A stretch of 64,000 nt of DNA. Source: Candidatus Omnitrophota bacterium (GTDB lineage Bacteria; Ratteibacteria; UBA8468; B48-G9; JAFGKM01). Shown here piece by piece: positions 48,081 to 58,314 of the stretch (its first letter is position 1; each line of letters begins with the position of its first letter). The DNA lies in contig JAMWDI010000004.1 in assembly GCA_023819375.1 (NCBI GenBank), positions 130,190 to 194,189 of the forward strand, given 5' to 3'. The notes below the pieces were generated by a model. The model saw only the letters and a program-made list of their open reading frames with translations, had not been told where the DNA came from and searched no databases. The translations under genes and the position numbers were made by a program.

Positions 48081-48395
48081 TTTTCTTTTCTTTTTTTATA
48101 TTTTTAAACATAATTTTATTTTTGTCAAATTTTTTTATTTCAAAAGTAAAATGTTTTGCATTTTTTTTGTTTAAAATATGTAAAAATGTTTAAGAATTAA
48201 ATAAAATTTCAAAATAACAATTTTTTATTTTATAAAGGTTAACAAGAGCAGCATGTAAAGGAAGAATTTAAAAATTTTACTTTATAGGTCTAATAAGTTG
48301 GTTAATTTGTTAGTAGTGGTTTATTAATAAAATTGATTTAATCACAGAAAAAAACTGGAAGTGTACTTTTCTGGATTTAAAATTTAGTTCTTAAT

Positions 48396-49631
48396 TCATG
48401 CGTTTATTCCTGCAACATAACCAGTAGAAAAACACATTTGTAAATTGTAACCGCCTGTTTTCCCATCTACATCTATTACTTCACCTGCAAAATAAATATT
48501 ATTTACAATTTTAGATTCCATAGTTTTTGGATTTATTTCGTCAACACAAATTCCTCCTCTTGTAACCATACTATCATAAAAAGGACGTGGTTTTTTTACT
48601 GTTAATTGGAAATTTAGAAGTTTTTCTATAATTATATTTCTCTCCTGTTTTGTTAACTGATTGACTTTCTTATATGGATCAAGTGATGCTAAAAGTAAAA
48701 ATTCATAAATTAAACCAGATGGCAAAAGATTTTTCATAAAATTTTTTAAAATTTTGTTTTGATTTTCTTTTATTTCTTTTTGTAATCTTTTATCAAGAAT
48801 TTCTTTATTTAAGGCAGGTTTGAAATTTATTATTAATTTTATCTCGCCTTTTTCAAAGTTTTCAGAAATGTCTCCACTTATATTTAAAATTGCAGGTCCA
48901 CTTACTCCATAATGAGTAAACAAAACTTCTCCAAATTCTTCTCCTATTTTTTTATTACTTAAAAAAGCACTTACTTTTACATTTTTTAAAGTTATTCCTT
49001 GCCAATTTTTTAAGAATTTTTCTTTAATTTCAATTCCACATAAAGCAGGACATGGTTTTATAATTTTATGACCAAACTTTTCAGCAAAAATAAAACCATC
49101 TCCTTCAGAGCCAGTTTTAGGAAAACTTTTACCCCCTGTGGCAATAACAATTTTCTTACTTTTTAGAATTCTTTTGTCAGTAATAACCTTAAACTCATCC
49201 TTTAAATTTTCAATATCAATGACTTTCTCTTTCAAAAAAAGTTTAACTTTGTTTCTATCTAACATTTTTCTTATTGTTTTGACTACATCTTCTGCGTTTT
49301 CACTTTCTGGATAAACTCTTTTGCCTGTATCAATTTTTAATTTAAGACCATTTTTTTCAAAAAACTCATAAAGGTCTTGATTAGAAAACTGATAAAAGAC
49401 ATTTATTAAAAATTTTCCATTTTTATATTTTGAAAGATATTCATCATTTATTTCATTCATATTTGTTAAGTTGCATTTTCCTTTGCCTGTTAAAAGTAGT
49501 TTTTTACATATTTGATTATTTTTATCAATTATTGCAGTTTTTCTTTTTCTTTCAGATGAAAAAATACCTGCAAAACTTCCTGCTGGTCCCCCTCCAACTA
49601 TAACTACATCAAATTCTTCAATGTTATTCAT
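48396..49631 (-). CDS. HI0933/BaiN/YhiN-family flavoprotein
   Basis: GGGPAG, KLLLTGKGKCNLTN, ATGGKSFP.TGS.GDG, LFTHYGVSGP, VTRGG, GGYNLQ. Confidence 0.92.
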   Translation of the reverse strand: MNNIEEFDVVIVGGGPAGSFAGIFSSERKRKTAIIDKNNQICKKLLLTGKGKCNLTNMNEINDEYLSKYKNGKFLINVFYQFSNQDLYEFFEKNGLKLKIDTGKRVYPESENAEDVVKTIRKMLDRNKVKLFLKEKVIDIENLKDEFKVITDKRILKSKKIVIATGGKSFPKTGSEGDGFIFAEKFGHKIIKPCPALCGIEIKEKFLKNWQGITLKNVKVSAFLSNKKIGEEFGEVLFTHYGVSGPAILNISGDISENFEKGEIKLIINFKPALNKEILDKRLQKEIKENQNKILKNFMKNLLPSGLIYEFLLLASLDPYKKVNQLTKQERNIIIEKLLNFQLTVKKPRPFYDSMVTRGGICVDEINPKTMESKIVNNIYFAGEVIDVDGKTGGYNLQMCFSTGYVAGINA

Positions 49632-50560
49632 TTTCGCCTGTAATATTTTTCTTTTTTATATATAACTTCAACAATATCACCTCTATTAATTAGATTTTTA
49701 AGCACGTCAAAAGAACCGCCATTTTCATTTAGAAATTTTTTAATTTCATTTTCGCTCATAGGATGAACAGATATAATACTTAAAATATCCTTAATTAAAT
49801 CGCCGGTGAAACCAAATTTACCTCCTTTTTTTTCTTCAATAATTTTCACATTTAAGTTCATACTTTTAAGAATAATATAAGCAAGATCAATTTTTTCTTT
49901 TTCAGGTATTTCTACCCATTTTTCTGCCGGTGGTCTTGTTGGATAACCAATATAGGCAATTACTGGTTTTATCTTTTTTAAGAATATCCCTATTTTTTCT
50001 ATCTCTTCTTTCTTATCATTTATTTTTTTTACTAACAGAGTCTCTGTTAATAACTCACCTTTAAATTCCTTTGCAAAAATTTCAATCCCTTTCAGTATAT
50101 TTTCAAATTTAATATTTGAAATTGGTCTATTTATTTTTTTCCAAGTTGTTTTATTAACTGTATCTATCTTTAATGATACACAATCTGCTTTTTTTAAATC
50201 ATTTCTTACATCTTCTCTCCATATCAAAGAAGCATTTGTAATAACAGCAATTTTAATCCCAAAATCTTTTAAAACTTCTATTTCTTCTCCAAGGTTTACG
50301 TCAAGAGTTGGTTCACCATCAGGAACAAAAGAAATATAATCAATTTTTTTGTCTTTTAAGTTTTCAATTGCTTCCTTTACTTGTCTTTTTATTTCTTCAG
50401 GTTTATAAAATTCTTTTCTTTCCTTATAATAAAATTCAGTTTTTCCAATTTGACAGTAAATACAGGAATAACTACATTTTTTAGGGAAAGAAATATTGTT
50501 AATTCCTAAACTTTGTCCAAAACGTCTTGAAGGCACAGGGCCAAAAACTATTCTTTCCAT
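49628..50560 (-). CDS. Radical SAM protein (COG0731-like)
   Basis: VFGPVPSRRFGQSLGIN, CSYSCIYCQ, DGEPTL, TNASL. Confidence 0.88.
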   Translation of the reverse strand: MERIVFGPVPSRRFGQSLGINNISFPKKCSYSCIYCQIGKTEFYYKERKEFYKPEEIKRQVKEAIENLKDKKIDYISFVPDGEPTLDVNLGEEIEVLKDFGIKIAVITNASLIWREDVRNDLKKADCVSLKIDTVNKTTWKKINRPISNIKFENILKGIEIFAKEFKGELLTETLLVKKINDKKEEIEKIGIFLKKIKPVIAYIGYPTRPPAEKWVEIPEKEKIDLAYIILKSMNLNVKIIEEKKGGKFGFTGDLIKDILSIISVHPMSENEIKKFLNENGGSFDVLKNLINRGDIVEVIYKKEKYYRRK

Positions 50561-50760
50561 ATAAAAAATTATACTTCTTTTTTATATTTTGACGAATGTT
50601 TATAAAGTTTTTCATATATGTTCAGGATTTTGAAGATAATCTGTCTGGAAAGAATTAATCATTGCAAGGAAAGAAATATAGAAGATGACTTAAATGAATT
50701 ACAAAGGAGAGGGCAAATAGATGTGAAAAAATTGTTTAGAATTCTTTATAATATCAAATT

Positions 50761-51774
50761 TTAAAACCTTTGTGATGTAAACATTTCTACTATTGTAATT
50801 ATGTTTTCAAGTGGAGTTTCAGGTCTTATAGGTTTTGCACATCCAAGAATATAACCCCCACCTTTTCCCATTTCTTTACATAACCTTTCTATTTCTTTTT
50901 TTAGTTGTTCTGGTTTTCCAAAAGGTATTATACTCTGACTTCCAAGTCCTCCCCAGAAAGTAATTTTATCTCCATATCTTCTTTTTAAATTATAAGGGTT
51001 CATATTCCTTGCTTCTGGTTGTACAGATTGTAAAACATCAAGACCAATTTCAACAATATCATCCATAATGTCATAAATAGAACCGCAACAGTGGCTTAAA
51101 ACAACTTTTCCACTTTTTTTAACCTTTTCATATAATTTTGCAACTTTTCCCTTTATAAACTTTCTCCATCTTTCAGGCCCAAGTATAACTCCTCTTTGAT
51201 CCCCCCAGTCATCTGAAAACATAACTCCATCAATTGGTAATTCAAGACAGATGTCAAGAAAACTGTTTTGTAATTTGTAAATTTTATTCAACAGTTCTTC
51301 ATAAAAATCTGGTTTTGTAACTGACCAGATTAAAGCGTTTTCAAAACCGCAAATTGTCCATGTTCTTTCAAATAATCCAAATCCAATTCTTGCTACAATA
51401 AATTTATCTTTATTTTCTTCTATAAATCTTTTAACTTCACAAATTCTTTCTTCTTCAATAAATTCTTCTATATCAGGGAATCTATAATTTTTAAAATCAG
51501 GTTGGGTTAATCCTGGTTTTTCAAGATGCATTGGTTTTAAATCTATCCTCCATATACTTCCATAAATATCAATAACATAATTTTTGTCCATCTCTTTCCT
51601 TTTTTCAGTATCAATTGGGCTTACACTTAAAATATAATTCTTTATTTTCTCTTTCCAAATATCATAAAATTTCTTATATTTCTCAATTGTTTCTTCTTCA
51701 AAATCAATAGTATAAGGAATAAAATCTGTTTGCTTATGATTAATCACTTCATAGACAAGTTCTTTCTGAGTCAT
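50761..51774 (-). CDS. Uroporphyrinogen decarboxylase-family protein (MtaA/CmuA-like fold)
   Basis: GLFERTW, FSDDWG.Q, HCCG, LQSVQPEA, FWGGLGSQ, GGGYILG, PLENI. Confidence 0.85.
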   Translation of the reverse strand: MTQKELVYEVINHKQTDFIPYTIDFEEETIEKYKKFYDIWKEKIKNYILSVSPIDTEKRKEMDKNYVIDIYGSIWRIDLKPMHLEKPGLTQPDFKNYRFPDIEEFIEEERICEVKRFIEENKDKFIVARIGFGLFERTWTICGFENALIWSVTKPDFYEELLNKIYKLQNSFLDICLELPIDGVMFSDDWGDQRGVILGPERWRKFIKGKVAKLYEKVKKSGKVVLSHCCGSIYDIMDDIVEIGLDVLQSVQPEARNMNPYNLKRRYGDKITFWGGLGSQSIIPFGKPEQLKKEIERLCKEMGKGGGYILGCAKPIRPETPLENIITIVEMFTSQRF

Positions 51775-51776
51775 TT

Positions 51777-53954
51777 TTACAAATCAAGAAAATGGAAGAC
51801 TTTTTCTAAACTAAAAGTAAATTTTCCATCTATAGTTTTCCCTATTTTTGCATTTTTACAATAAATACATTTTAACCTTTCTTCTGCTTTTATTTTAAAT
51901 TTTATGGATTTATCTTTCTTTTCACATTCTATATCAAAAGGTATATCTCTTAAAGTAATATTTCTAATTTCAAAATTTTTAAGTTCAGAATACCAAAATG
52001 GAGCAAAAAATATTATATTATTTCTCCCATCTATCTGTATTCCACAAACTCTTCTTATTAAAATATCGTTAAAAATACCACCCCATCCATAATTAAAAAT
52101 ATTATGTGTTGAATAGGGAAAACCAGTAAAAGGATTGTAATTTTCATAACAGTTTGGTTCTCCTGTGGCAATACATAAATTTATCGTTTTTTCAATCAAT
52201 TCTTTGCCTGTTTCTAAAAAATTATTTCTTATAAGTGATTCAATAATCAACCAGTTTATATTTGGCCAAACCCTTCCGTTCCAGTAACTTTGATATTCGT
52301 CAAGAGAGTTAAAATAAGGATCATCAAGAGAAAGAGTTGGAATAGGATAATTTGTCCAGAATTCTTTTGGATTTAAAAGGTGTTTCAAAATTTTCTTTTT
52401 TTTATTTTCATCAGGAATAAAACCAAGCATCGGGATCATTCCGCCTGGTGTTTTAACAAAGATTTTTTCTTCATCTATATACATATCTAAATAAAGCCCT
52501 ATATTTTCATCCCACATTTTTTCTATTTCTTTTTTTAATACTTTTTCTCTTTTTTCATATTCTTTCAAAATATCTTCGCAATTTAATTCCTTTGCCATTT
52601 TCTTTATTAAATATCTGCCAAGATAAATATATAAATTAAAATCTGGTGAAAAAATGTATCTATTTTCTTTAATAAGTGGAGAATTTCTCTGAATAAATGG
52701 TGGTTCTGGAATGTATCTTCTTGAATTATCCCATCCACTTTCTCCTGGAACTTTTAAATAAACAAGTCCTTTCTCCATTCTGTATTTTTCCAAGTATCTA
52801 TCAAATCTTATAAGTGCAGGTAAGAATTCTTTCAAAATTTCTTTACTTCCTTTTTTTAAATATATATCCCATATTGCAATAGGCAAAATAAATGGTTGAA
52901 CAAGTTCTTTTGTTATAATCTCATCAATCGCAAGAGTAAATGGTAAATGTCCTTCACTTGATTGATTTTGAATTATGTTTCTCAAAGAAGAAATTGAAAT
53001 TTCAGTATTAATATATTTTTCATAAATTGAATGAAAAGCAGAATCCCAGAACCATTGAGGAAGTAGTCTAAATTTTGAAGGACATGTAAATGGATTTTTA
53101 AAATTTCCTTCTTTAAAATCATAGATATTGCTATAAGACACATAATTACAGAAATAATAAATTTTATTTAATTTTAAAGAATTTGAATTAAAATATGGGA
53201 CTTTCTTAATAAAAAACTCATTTAAAAATTTTTTCCTTTCTTCAAAGAAAAATTCAGGGTTTTCTATTGCTTTTTTAACTTTTTTTATTCCTTCATCCTT
53301 ATTTTTGGAATAAGAAACTGCAAAAACAATTTTTTCCCATTCTGCATGAATAGAAAAAAGAGTGGATTTCAGTTTAATTGGTATTTCAAGATAAAATTTA
53401 TCGTTTTCTTTTTTAAGGGTGAAATTTTTGTTAAAAGAAAAGATTTTATAGAAATTTCTATGTACACCATCTTTTTCAAACAGATAAAAAATATTATCAA
53501 TTAAATTAAATTCATAATCAAATTTTTCTTTTTCTACATAATTTTCATCAAAAAACAGATCTTTTTTTTCAAACAAAATTCTCGGAACTATTTCACAAAC
53601 GATTTTAAAATTGCAGTCAACCTCATTTGATAAAAAAATTAAATCTACAAAAACATCATCCCATATAGTCTTTCTTTCCTTTATGTAAGTTCTTCTGTAG
53701 CCTATATATTCCGCTTTAATTTCAAAAGGATTCCATGAATAATTGGTAATATAAACACCTTTTCTTCCTTCTGGAGAAATAATATAAATATTAGCGTCAG
53801 ACCCATCCAGAGGGCTACAATGATCAAAATTTTTACCTTTCCCATCCCATATGTTTAAACTGCCACCACCTAAAAATGAAGTATATGAAGTCAAAAATTT
53901 ATCTGAAATTTCAAATTTATCTTTTCTTTTCAATAGATTTTCAATATCAATCAT
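51777..53954 (-). CDS. (alpha/alpha)6 glycoside hydrolase, GH63/MGH1-like
   Basis: QWFWDSAFH, ESGWDNS.R, YWNGRVWPNINW, ENYNPFTG. Confidence 0.8.
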   Translation of the reverse strand: MIDIENLLKRKDKFEISDKFLTSYTSFLGGGSLNIWDGKGKNFDHCSPLDGSDANIYIISPEGRKGVYITNYSWNPFEIKAEYIGYRRTYIKERKTIWDDVFVDLIFLSNEVDCNFKIVCEIVPRILFEKKDLFFDENYVEKEKFDYEFNLIDNIFYLFEKDGVHRNFYKIFSFNKNFTLKKENDKFYLEIPIKLKSTLFSIHAEWEKIVFAVSYSKNKDEGIKKVKKAIENPEFFFEERKKFLNEFFIKKVPYFNSNSLKLNKIYYFCNYVSYSNIYDFKEGNFKNPFTCPSKFRLLPQWFWDSAFHSIYEKYINTEISISSLRNIIQNQSSEGHLPFTLAIDEIITKELVQPFILPIAIWDIYLKKGSKEILKEFLPALIRFDRYLEKYRMEKGLVYLKVPGESGWDNSRRYIPEPPFIQRNSPLIKENRYIFSPDFNLYIYLGRYLIKKMAKELNCEDILKEYEKREKVLKKEIEKMWDENIGLYLDMYIDEEKIFVKTPGGMIPMLGFIPDENKKKKILKHLLNPKEFWTNYPIPTLSLDDPYFNSLDEYQSYWNGRVWPNINWLIIESLIRNNFLETGKELIEKTINLCIATGEPNCYENYNPFTGFPYSTHNIFNYGWGGIFNDILIRRVCGIQIDGRNNIIFFAPFWYSELKNFEIRNITLRDIPFDIECEKKDKSIKFKIKAEERLKCIYCKNAKIGKTIDGKFTFSLEKVFHFLDL

Positions 53955-54757
53955 ATAATTCCTCCCCTTTTTAATATACTATAACCAACTTCATAAAAAA
54001 ACTTTTCAAGATAATCTTTACAACCAATCCTTTCAAAAAATTTTTTAATATCATTTATATAAGCAGGAATTCTATCATAATAAATATCTGAACCAAATAA
54101 AATTTTCCCTTTTTTTATTATGCTGTTTTCACCAAGAACTTTATTATCTATCCAGAAAATCTCTTTAAAAAATTCATAATTTCGTGAATAAATACATGGC
54201 CCTGACAGATCAAAATAAATATTTGGGTTTACTCTTGCAACTTCAACTGCTTCTTCATACCAAGGATAACCAAGGTGTGCTCCAATTATTATAAGTTTTG
54301 GAAAATTTCTTGAAATTGTTTCAAGATACACAGGTCTCATTCTAGAAGAAGATATGTTTTCTTGCTTGTTTTCTGCAGTTTTTCTTGAAACAATTCCTGT
54401 ATGAAATAAACAAATTAAATTTTCTTTTTCTGCTTTCTCATAAATAGGAAAATATTCTTCATCATCATAATTTTTTAACGGCCCTATAAATTTTAAACCT
54501 TTAAATCCAATTTTTAAAAATTTGTCTATTCTTTCTTTTTTGTCAATTCCAAGACGAAAATGGGCAAAAGGTATAACAAAGGAAGGATATTTTTTATAAA
54601 TTTTAATAACTTCCTCATTTCCCAAAATATATTCCCAATAGTTTCCCTCAATACCAGCCAGAACAATTTTTTCACATTTTATTTTTTTAATAATCTCCTT
54701 TAATTTTTCTTCTACTTTCTCAATTTTATATAAATGTGAATGAATATCTATTATCAT
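53951..54757 (-). CDS. Amidohydrolase_2 family metal-dependent hydrolase
   Basis: IIDIHSH, GFKGLK, LFHTG, GAHLGYPW, YFDLS, LFGSD. Confidence 0.88.
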   Translation of the reverse strand: MIIDIHSHLYKIEKVEEKLKEIIKKIKCEKIVLAGIEGNYWEYILGNEEVIKIYKKYPSFVIPFAHFRLGIDKKERIDKFLKIGFKGLKFIGPLKNYDDEEYFPIYEKAEKENLICLFHTGIVSRKTAENKQENISSSRMRPVYLETISRNFPKLIIIGAHLGYPWYEEAVEVARVNPNIYFDLSGPCIYSRNYEFFKEIFWIDNKVLGENSIIKKGKILFGSDIYYDRIPAYINDIKKFFERIGCKDYLEKFFYEVGYSILKRGGII

Positions 54758-54759
54758 TT

Positions 54760-56136
54760 TTATTTTAGTTTTTTTACTGCTTTTTCCCAGATTTTATTAA
54801 GTTCTTCTGACTGTTTTTCATCTCTTTTAAAGTTATGCTTATTTAAAATTTCAATTGCTTTTTCTCTTGCTTTTTGCCATATTGATTTCTTTCCATTCTT
54901 TTCCCATATGTTGAATGTTTCATTTGAAAATATTTCAGAAACAAATAAATTCCTTTTATAATTTTGAAGTGTTTCAGGATGAGTGAGAAAAGTATTTTCT
55001 TTTAAAATACATTCTTCCATTAATTCTATATTCATTTTATTCTCATCAAATTCAACACCTTCTAACAAACTTAAACAACTTTTTAAAATTTCATACTGAA
55101 TTATTACCTGTTCAATAGAAGCAATTTCATCTATACAACACATTCCTGCCCAACCAAACATTTTAAAGCCCATAAGTAAAGACAATATAACTCCTGCAGA
55201 GGAAAATCCTACTTGTGCATCTCCTGGATATTTTCCCATAGTATTGAAAACTTTTGCCATAATTTCTATTCCGTAAAATTTTCCTATCTGATATAGTAAT
55301 AAATTTAACTTTATAAAATCTGGTCCCCCAAATACTATACTTCCATATTTCATGTCAAATGGATAAACAAATGGAGAAAAATATACTTCATTATTAGGAG
55401 ATAAAATTTTTAAAATTGAGGCCCCTCCTATAACTTCTGCTATACTCTGGGCAATTGAAGAAAAGAAATCAACAGGGGAGGTTGCCCCAATCATAGGCAT
55501 TGTTCCAACCGAAAAAGTTGTTTTTTTATCAAAATATCTTGAAGCATTTTCAATTAAGAATTTATCAAAAGCCATAGGACTTATCATATGCATACCAATT
55601 TCATATTTCCCTTCTATAAGACAAATAATTTCCTGAACTATATCAAAAACATAATTATCACTAAAAATGCCAGCCCCATATATTCTATCTGAAACATCAA
55701 GGCAAAACTTATAAGTTGCAATTTCTGCTAATTTTTGGGGTAAATCTGATGGAAATACAAGAGCACAACCATAAGCACCAAGAGTATGAGCAATTTTTGT
55801 AAAAATAATTAAATCATTTAAAGTTGGCTTCCTTATCTCACCTGTATATAGGTCATAACATCTTAATGAATATCCAGAAACGTAAAATTTAATTTCCTTA
55901 TTTTGTTCTTTTTGTTTTTTTGGGAATGGCCCAAATAATTCTTCAATTTTTTCTGGTTTTATGTAAACTCTATTATTCTTTATAAAAATATTTTTATCCT
56001 GTGGTATCATTTTTAAAATATTTTCAGAAGGAATGAGAATTCCAATTTTTTCAATCAATCTTAAGGCAAAATCATGTATTTTTTTTATTTCTTCATCTGT
56101 AAGACCACCTTTTAATTCCCACGTTATCTTTCTCAT
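54760..56136 (-). CDS. Trimethylamine methyltransferase (MttB) superfamily protein without pyrrolysine
   Basis: LTDEEIKKIH..AL.L.E.IG, ISPM, MPMIGATSPV, AEVIGG, DMKYG, DAQVG, FL.HPET; no in-frame TAG. Confidence 0.8.
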   Translation of the reverse strand: MRKITWELKGGLTDEEIKKIHDFALRLIEKIGILIPSENILKMIPQDKNIFIKNNRVYIKPEKIEELFGPFPKKQKEQNKEIKFYVSGYSLRCYDLYTGEIRKPTLNDLIIFTKIAHTLGAYGCALVFPSDLPQKLAEIATYKFCLDVSDRIYGAGIFSDNYVFDIVQEIICLIEGKYEIGMHMISPMAFDKFLIENASRYFDKKTTFSVGTMPMIGATSPVDFFSSIAQSIAEVIGGASILKILSPNNEVYFSPFVYPFDMKYGSIVFGGPDFIKLNLLLYQIGKFYGIEIMAKVFNTMGKYPGDAQVGFSSAGVILSLLMGFKMFGWAGMCCIDEIASIEQVIIQYEILKSCLSLLEGVEFDENKMNIELMEECILKENTFLTHPETLQNYKRNLFVSEIFSNETFNIWEKNGKKSIWQKAREKAIEILNKHNFKRDEKQSEELNKIWEKAVKKLK

Positions 56137-56960
56137 TTTTTAAATGTTCCCAAAATTATATCAACTTTAATTGAAATTAAATAAATATCTTCTACAGGAT
56201 AAAAAATATGAGGGTTTTTTTCAACTATTAAATATCCTGAATAATTTATTTCATTAAGTGTTTTTTTAAATTTTGCCCAGTCAACGTCTCCATCTAAAAT
56301 TGGAACAAAAATATTTTCTTTTTCTTTAAAATCTTTTAAATGTATTTGAATAATATAATCCTTAAGAATTCTTAACCAACTATCTGGATATCCATAGCCG
56401 ATAACATTTCCTGTATCAAAATAGATTTTAATATATTGACTTCCAACCTTTTCTATAAAATCTAAAAAACTCAAAGGTGTCAATAAAAATTTATTTCTTA
56501 CATTTTCAATTCCAATATAGATTTTATATTCTTCAGCAATTTTAGAAATTTCTCTAAAAAAATTCAAAGCATTTTGATAACCGGTTAAATAATCAATATT
56601 TTCATTTATCCATCCTTCACATATAAGAACAACTTTGCAGTCCAATTCTTTTGCAATTTCAATACTTTTTTCAGTAAGTTTTAACAATCTTTTTCTTTTG
56701 TTTAAAGAAGTAGTTGGTAACAATCTGTAAGTTTCAACACATAATAAAGAAGGAATTTCTAATTTAAAATTTTTTGCTATATCTTTAATCTCTTTAATAA
56801 AACTCTTTGATGACTTAATATTTAATCTCCCACCTTCACTAAAGAAGTTTAATTCTATTCCATAAAATCCTGCTTTTTTTCCTATATCAAATATTTTCTC
56901 GTAGTTAAGTTTTTCTGGAAATGCACTTTCATTTATTCCTTTTTTAATATTCATCTGCAT
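56133..56960 (-). CDS. Sugar phosphate isomerase/epimerase family (AP_endonuc_2)
   Basis: GFYGIEL, IGIENVRNKFL, YFDTGN, IHLKDF, GDVDW, YSGYLIVE. The true start may be 56954. Confidence 0.88.
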   Translation of the reverse strand: MQMNIKKGINESAFPEKLNYEKIFDIGKKAGFYGIELNFFSEGGRLNIKSSKSFIKEIKDIAKNFKLEIPSLLCVETYRLLPTTSLNKRKRLLKLTEKSIEIAKELDCKVVLICEGWINENIDYLTGYQNALNFFREISKIAEEYKIYIGIENVRNKFLLTPLSFLDFIEKVGSQYIKIYFDTGNVIGYGYPDSWLRILKDYIIQIHLKDFKEKENIFVPILDGDVDWAKFKKTLNEINYSGYLIVEKNPHIFYPVEDIYLISIKVDIILGTFKK

Positions 56961-58314
56961 TTCCTACAAGTTTTTGAACATTGTAAGGAAGTTTATTTAA
57001 TTCTTCAACTTTTTTTCCAAATTTTCCACAAGTATTCTCTATAACCACAAAATCCATATCAGGTATAATAACATCATTCCAATAATCCCCAATTCCTCTT
57101 ACTGCTACATCAAGCATTATAACTATTTGATTACCAAGAGGTTGTGTTGAATTCAATGTTATTGCTCCATAAAATTCCTGACACTCAGTATATCCTGCAT
57201 TATGAGTTCCTGTATATGGTTTCAATTTTTCAAGTTCAATTTTTTTACCATAAATTTTACTTACTTCATCTGATTTTGATCTGAAAAAGTCTACAAGTGC
57301 CTTTTCCTGTAAATATGCAGGTAAATTTTCTTCACTTATTTTTTTCAACCAGAAAAGCCCTACTTTATATGCTTCTTCAATAAAACTAAACCAATATTTC
57401 TGATTTTCAGTTAATTTTTTTGGATTTTTAACTGCAATGACAGACCTTCTCACACAACTATTTAAACCATCTCTTTTTGGAGCAACTCCAAGATGAACAT
57501 AGTCACCCTCATTTATAACTCTATTTAATGCCTTTCCTATTAAAGTTCTATTTGCTGTGTTGGCTCCAACCATTATGTCCCACCCAAATTCTTCTGCACC
57601 AAGTTCTTTTGCAACAAGATATCCCCATCCTGCAACCTGAGTTTCAAGCATTCCAGGTTTTAAAACTGCAAGCATACATCTTAAAACAGTATCTCCAATC
57701 ATACAGGAATCTCTGATAAGCCGCATTTCATTATCACTTTTTTCATATTTAATTTTGTAATAAATTTCCTGTGCATCAACAACATTTTCTTTCCCATAAA
57801 CTTTTTCAAGATATTCAACAATACTTGCAGGAATGACTTGGCGAGGTGTTAAAAGAGCAATTGTTTTTGCCTTTCCATTGTTTGCCTCTTCAATAACATC
57901 TTCAATTTTTTCTGCTTTAATAGGATACTCTTCATCTGCAAGTTTTAGCATTTCAACTTTATGAACTTTTGCTTTTGCTCTTTCTGCAAGTTGTTCTGCA
58001 ATATAACCACCTTCAAGTCCAGCAATTATATGAAAACCTGTTTTTCCAATTACTCCTGCAACCTGTTCAATTTGTATGTTTGTATTTCCACCAAGATATG
58101 CAACGTCTCCATCATAATGTTCGTCAGAAAAAACAAATCCAACATCAAATCCATTTTCACTTAAAGCATTATAAACCTTTTTTTGCCTTTCTATAAACTC
58201 TTCTGTTGGTATTGAAAAAAATTTATCAATTGTTGGACAGTTTGAGAGAATTTTTTCAATTAATTTAAATTCTTTTTTAAATTCTTTTATTCTTATTTCA
58301 CCGATACCCTTCAT
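56944..58314 (-). CDS. M24 (aminopeptidase P/creatinase fold) protein, divergent
   Basis: EFIERQ, YLGG, KYEKSDNEM..IR, LKPGMLETQV, R.I.EGD, THNAG..E, IENT. Confidence 0.7.
   Translation of the reverse strand: MKGIGEIRIKEFKKEFKLIEKILSNCPTIDKFFSIPTEEFIERQKKVYNALSENGFDVGFVFSDEHYDGDVAYLGGNTNIQIEQVAGVIGKTGFHIIAGLEGGYIAEQLAERAKAKVHKVEMLKLADEEYPIKAEKIEDVIEEANNGKAKTIALLTPRQVIPASIVEYLEKVYGKENVVDAQEIYYKIKYEKSDNEMRLIRDSCMIGDTVLRCMLAVLKPGMLETQVAGWGYLVAKELGAEEFGWDIMVGANTANRTLIGKALNRVINEGDYVHLGVAPKRDGLNSCVRRSVIAVKNPKKLTENQKYWFSFIEEAYKVGLFWLKKISEENLPAYLQEKALVDFFRSKSDEVSKIYGKKIELEKLKPYTGTHNAGYTECQEFYGAITLNSTQPLGNQIVIMLDVAVRGIGDYWNDVIIPDMDFVVIENTCGKFGKKVEELNKLPYNVQKLVGNADEY

Noticed and set aside
48130-48395. 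Long AT-rich intergenic region as an ncRNA, riboswitch (such as cobalamin) or origin
   Set aside because: No conserved riboswitch core, DnaA-box cluster or stable stems recognised.
50596-50764. Short + strand coding-like stretch (LKIICLERINHCKERNIEDDLNELQRRGQIDVKKLF...)
   Set aside because: Under 50 codons, no clear start or SD and no recognisable family; could be a remnant but cannot be supported.
54760-56136. Pyrrolysine recoding in MttB
   Set aside because: The ORF is continuous with no in-frame TAG, and no pyl genes are present.
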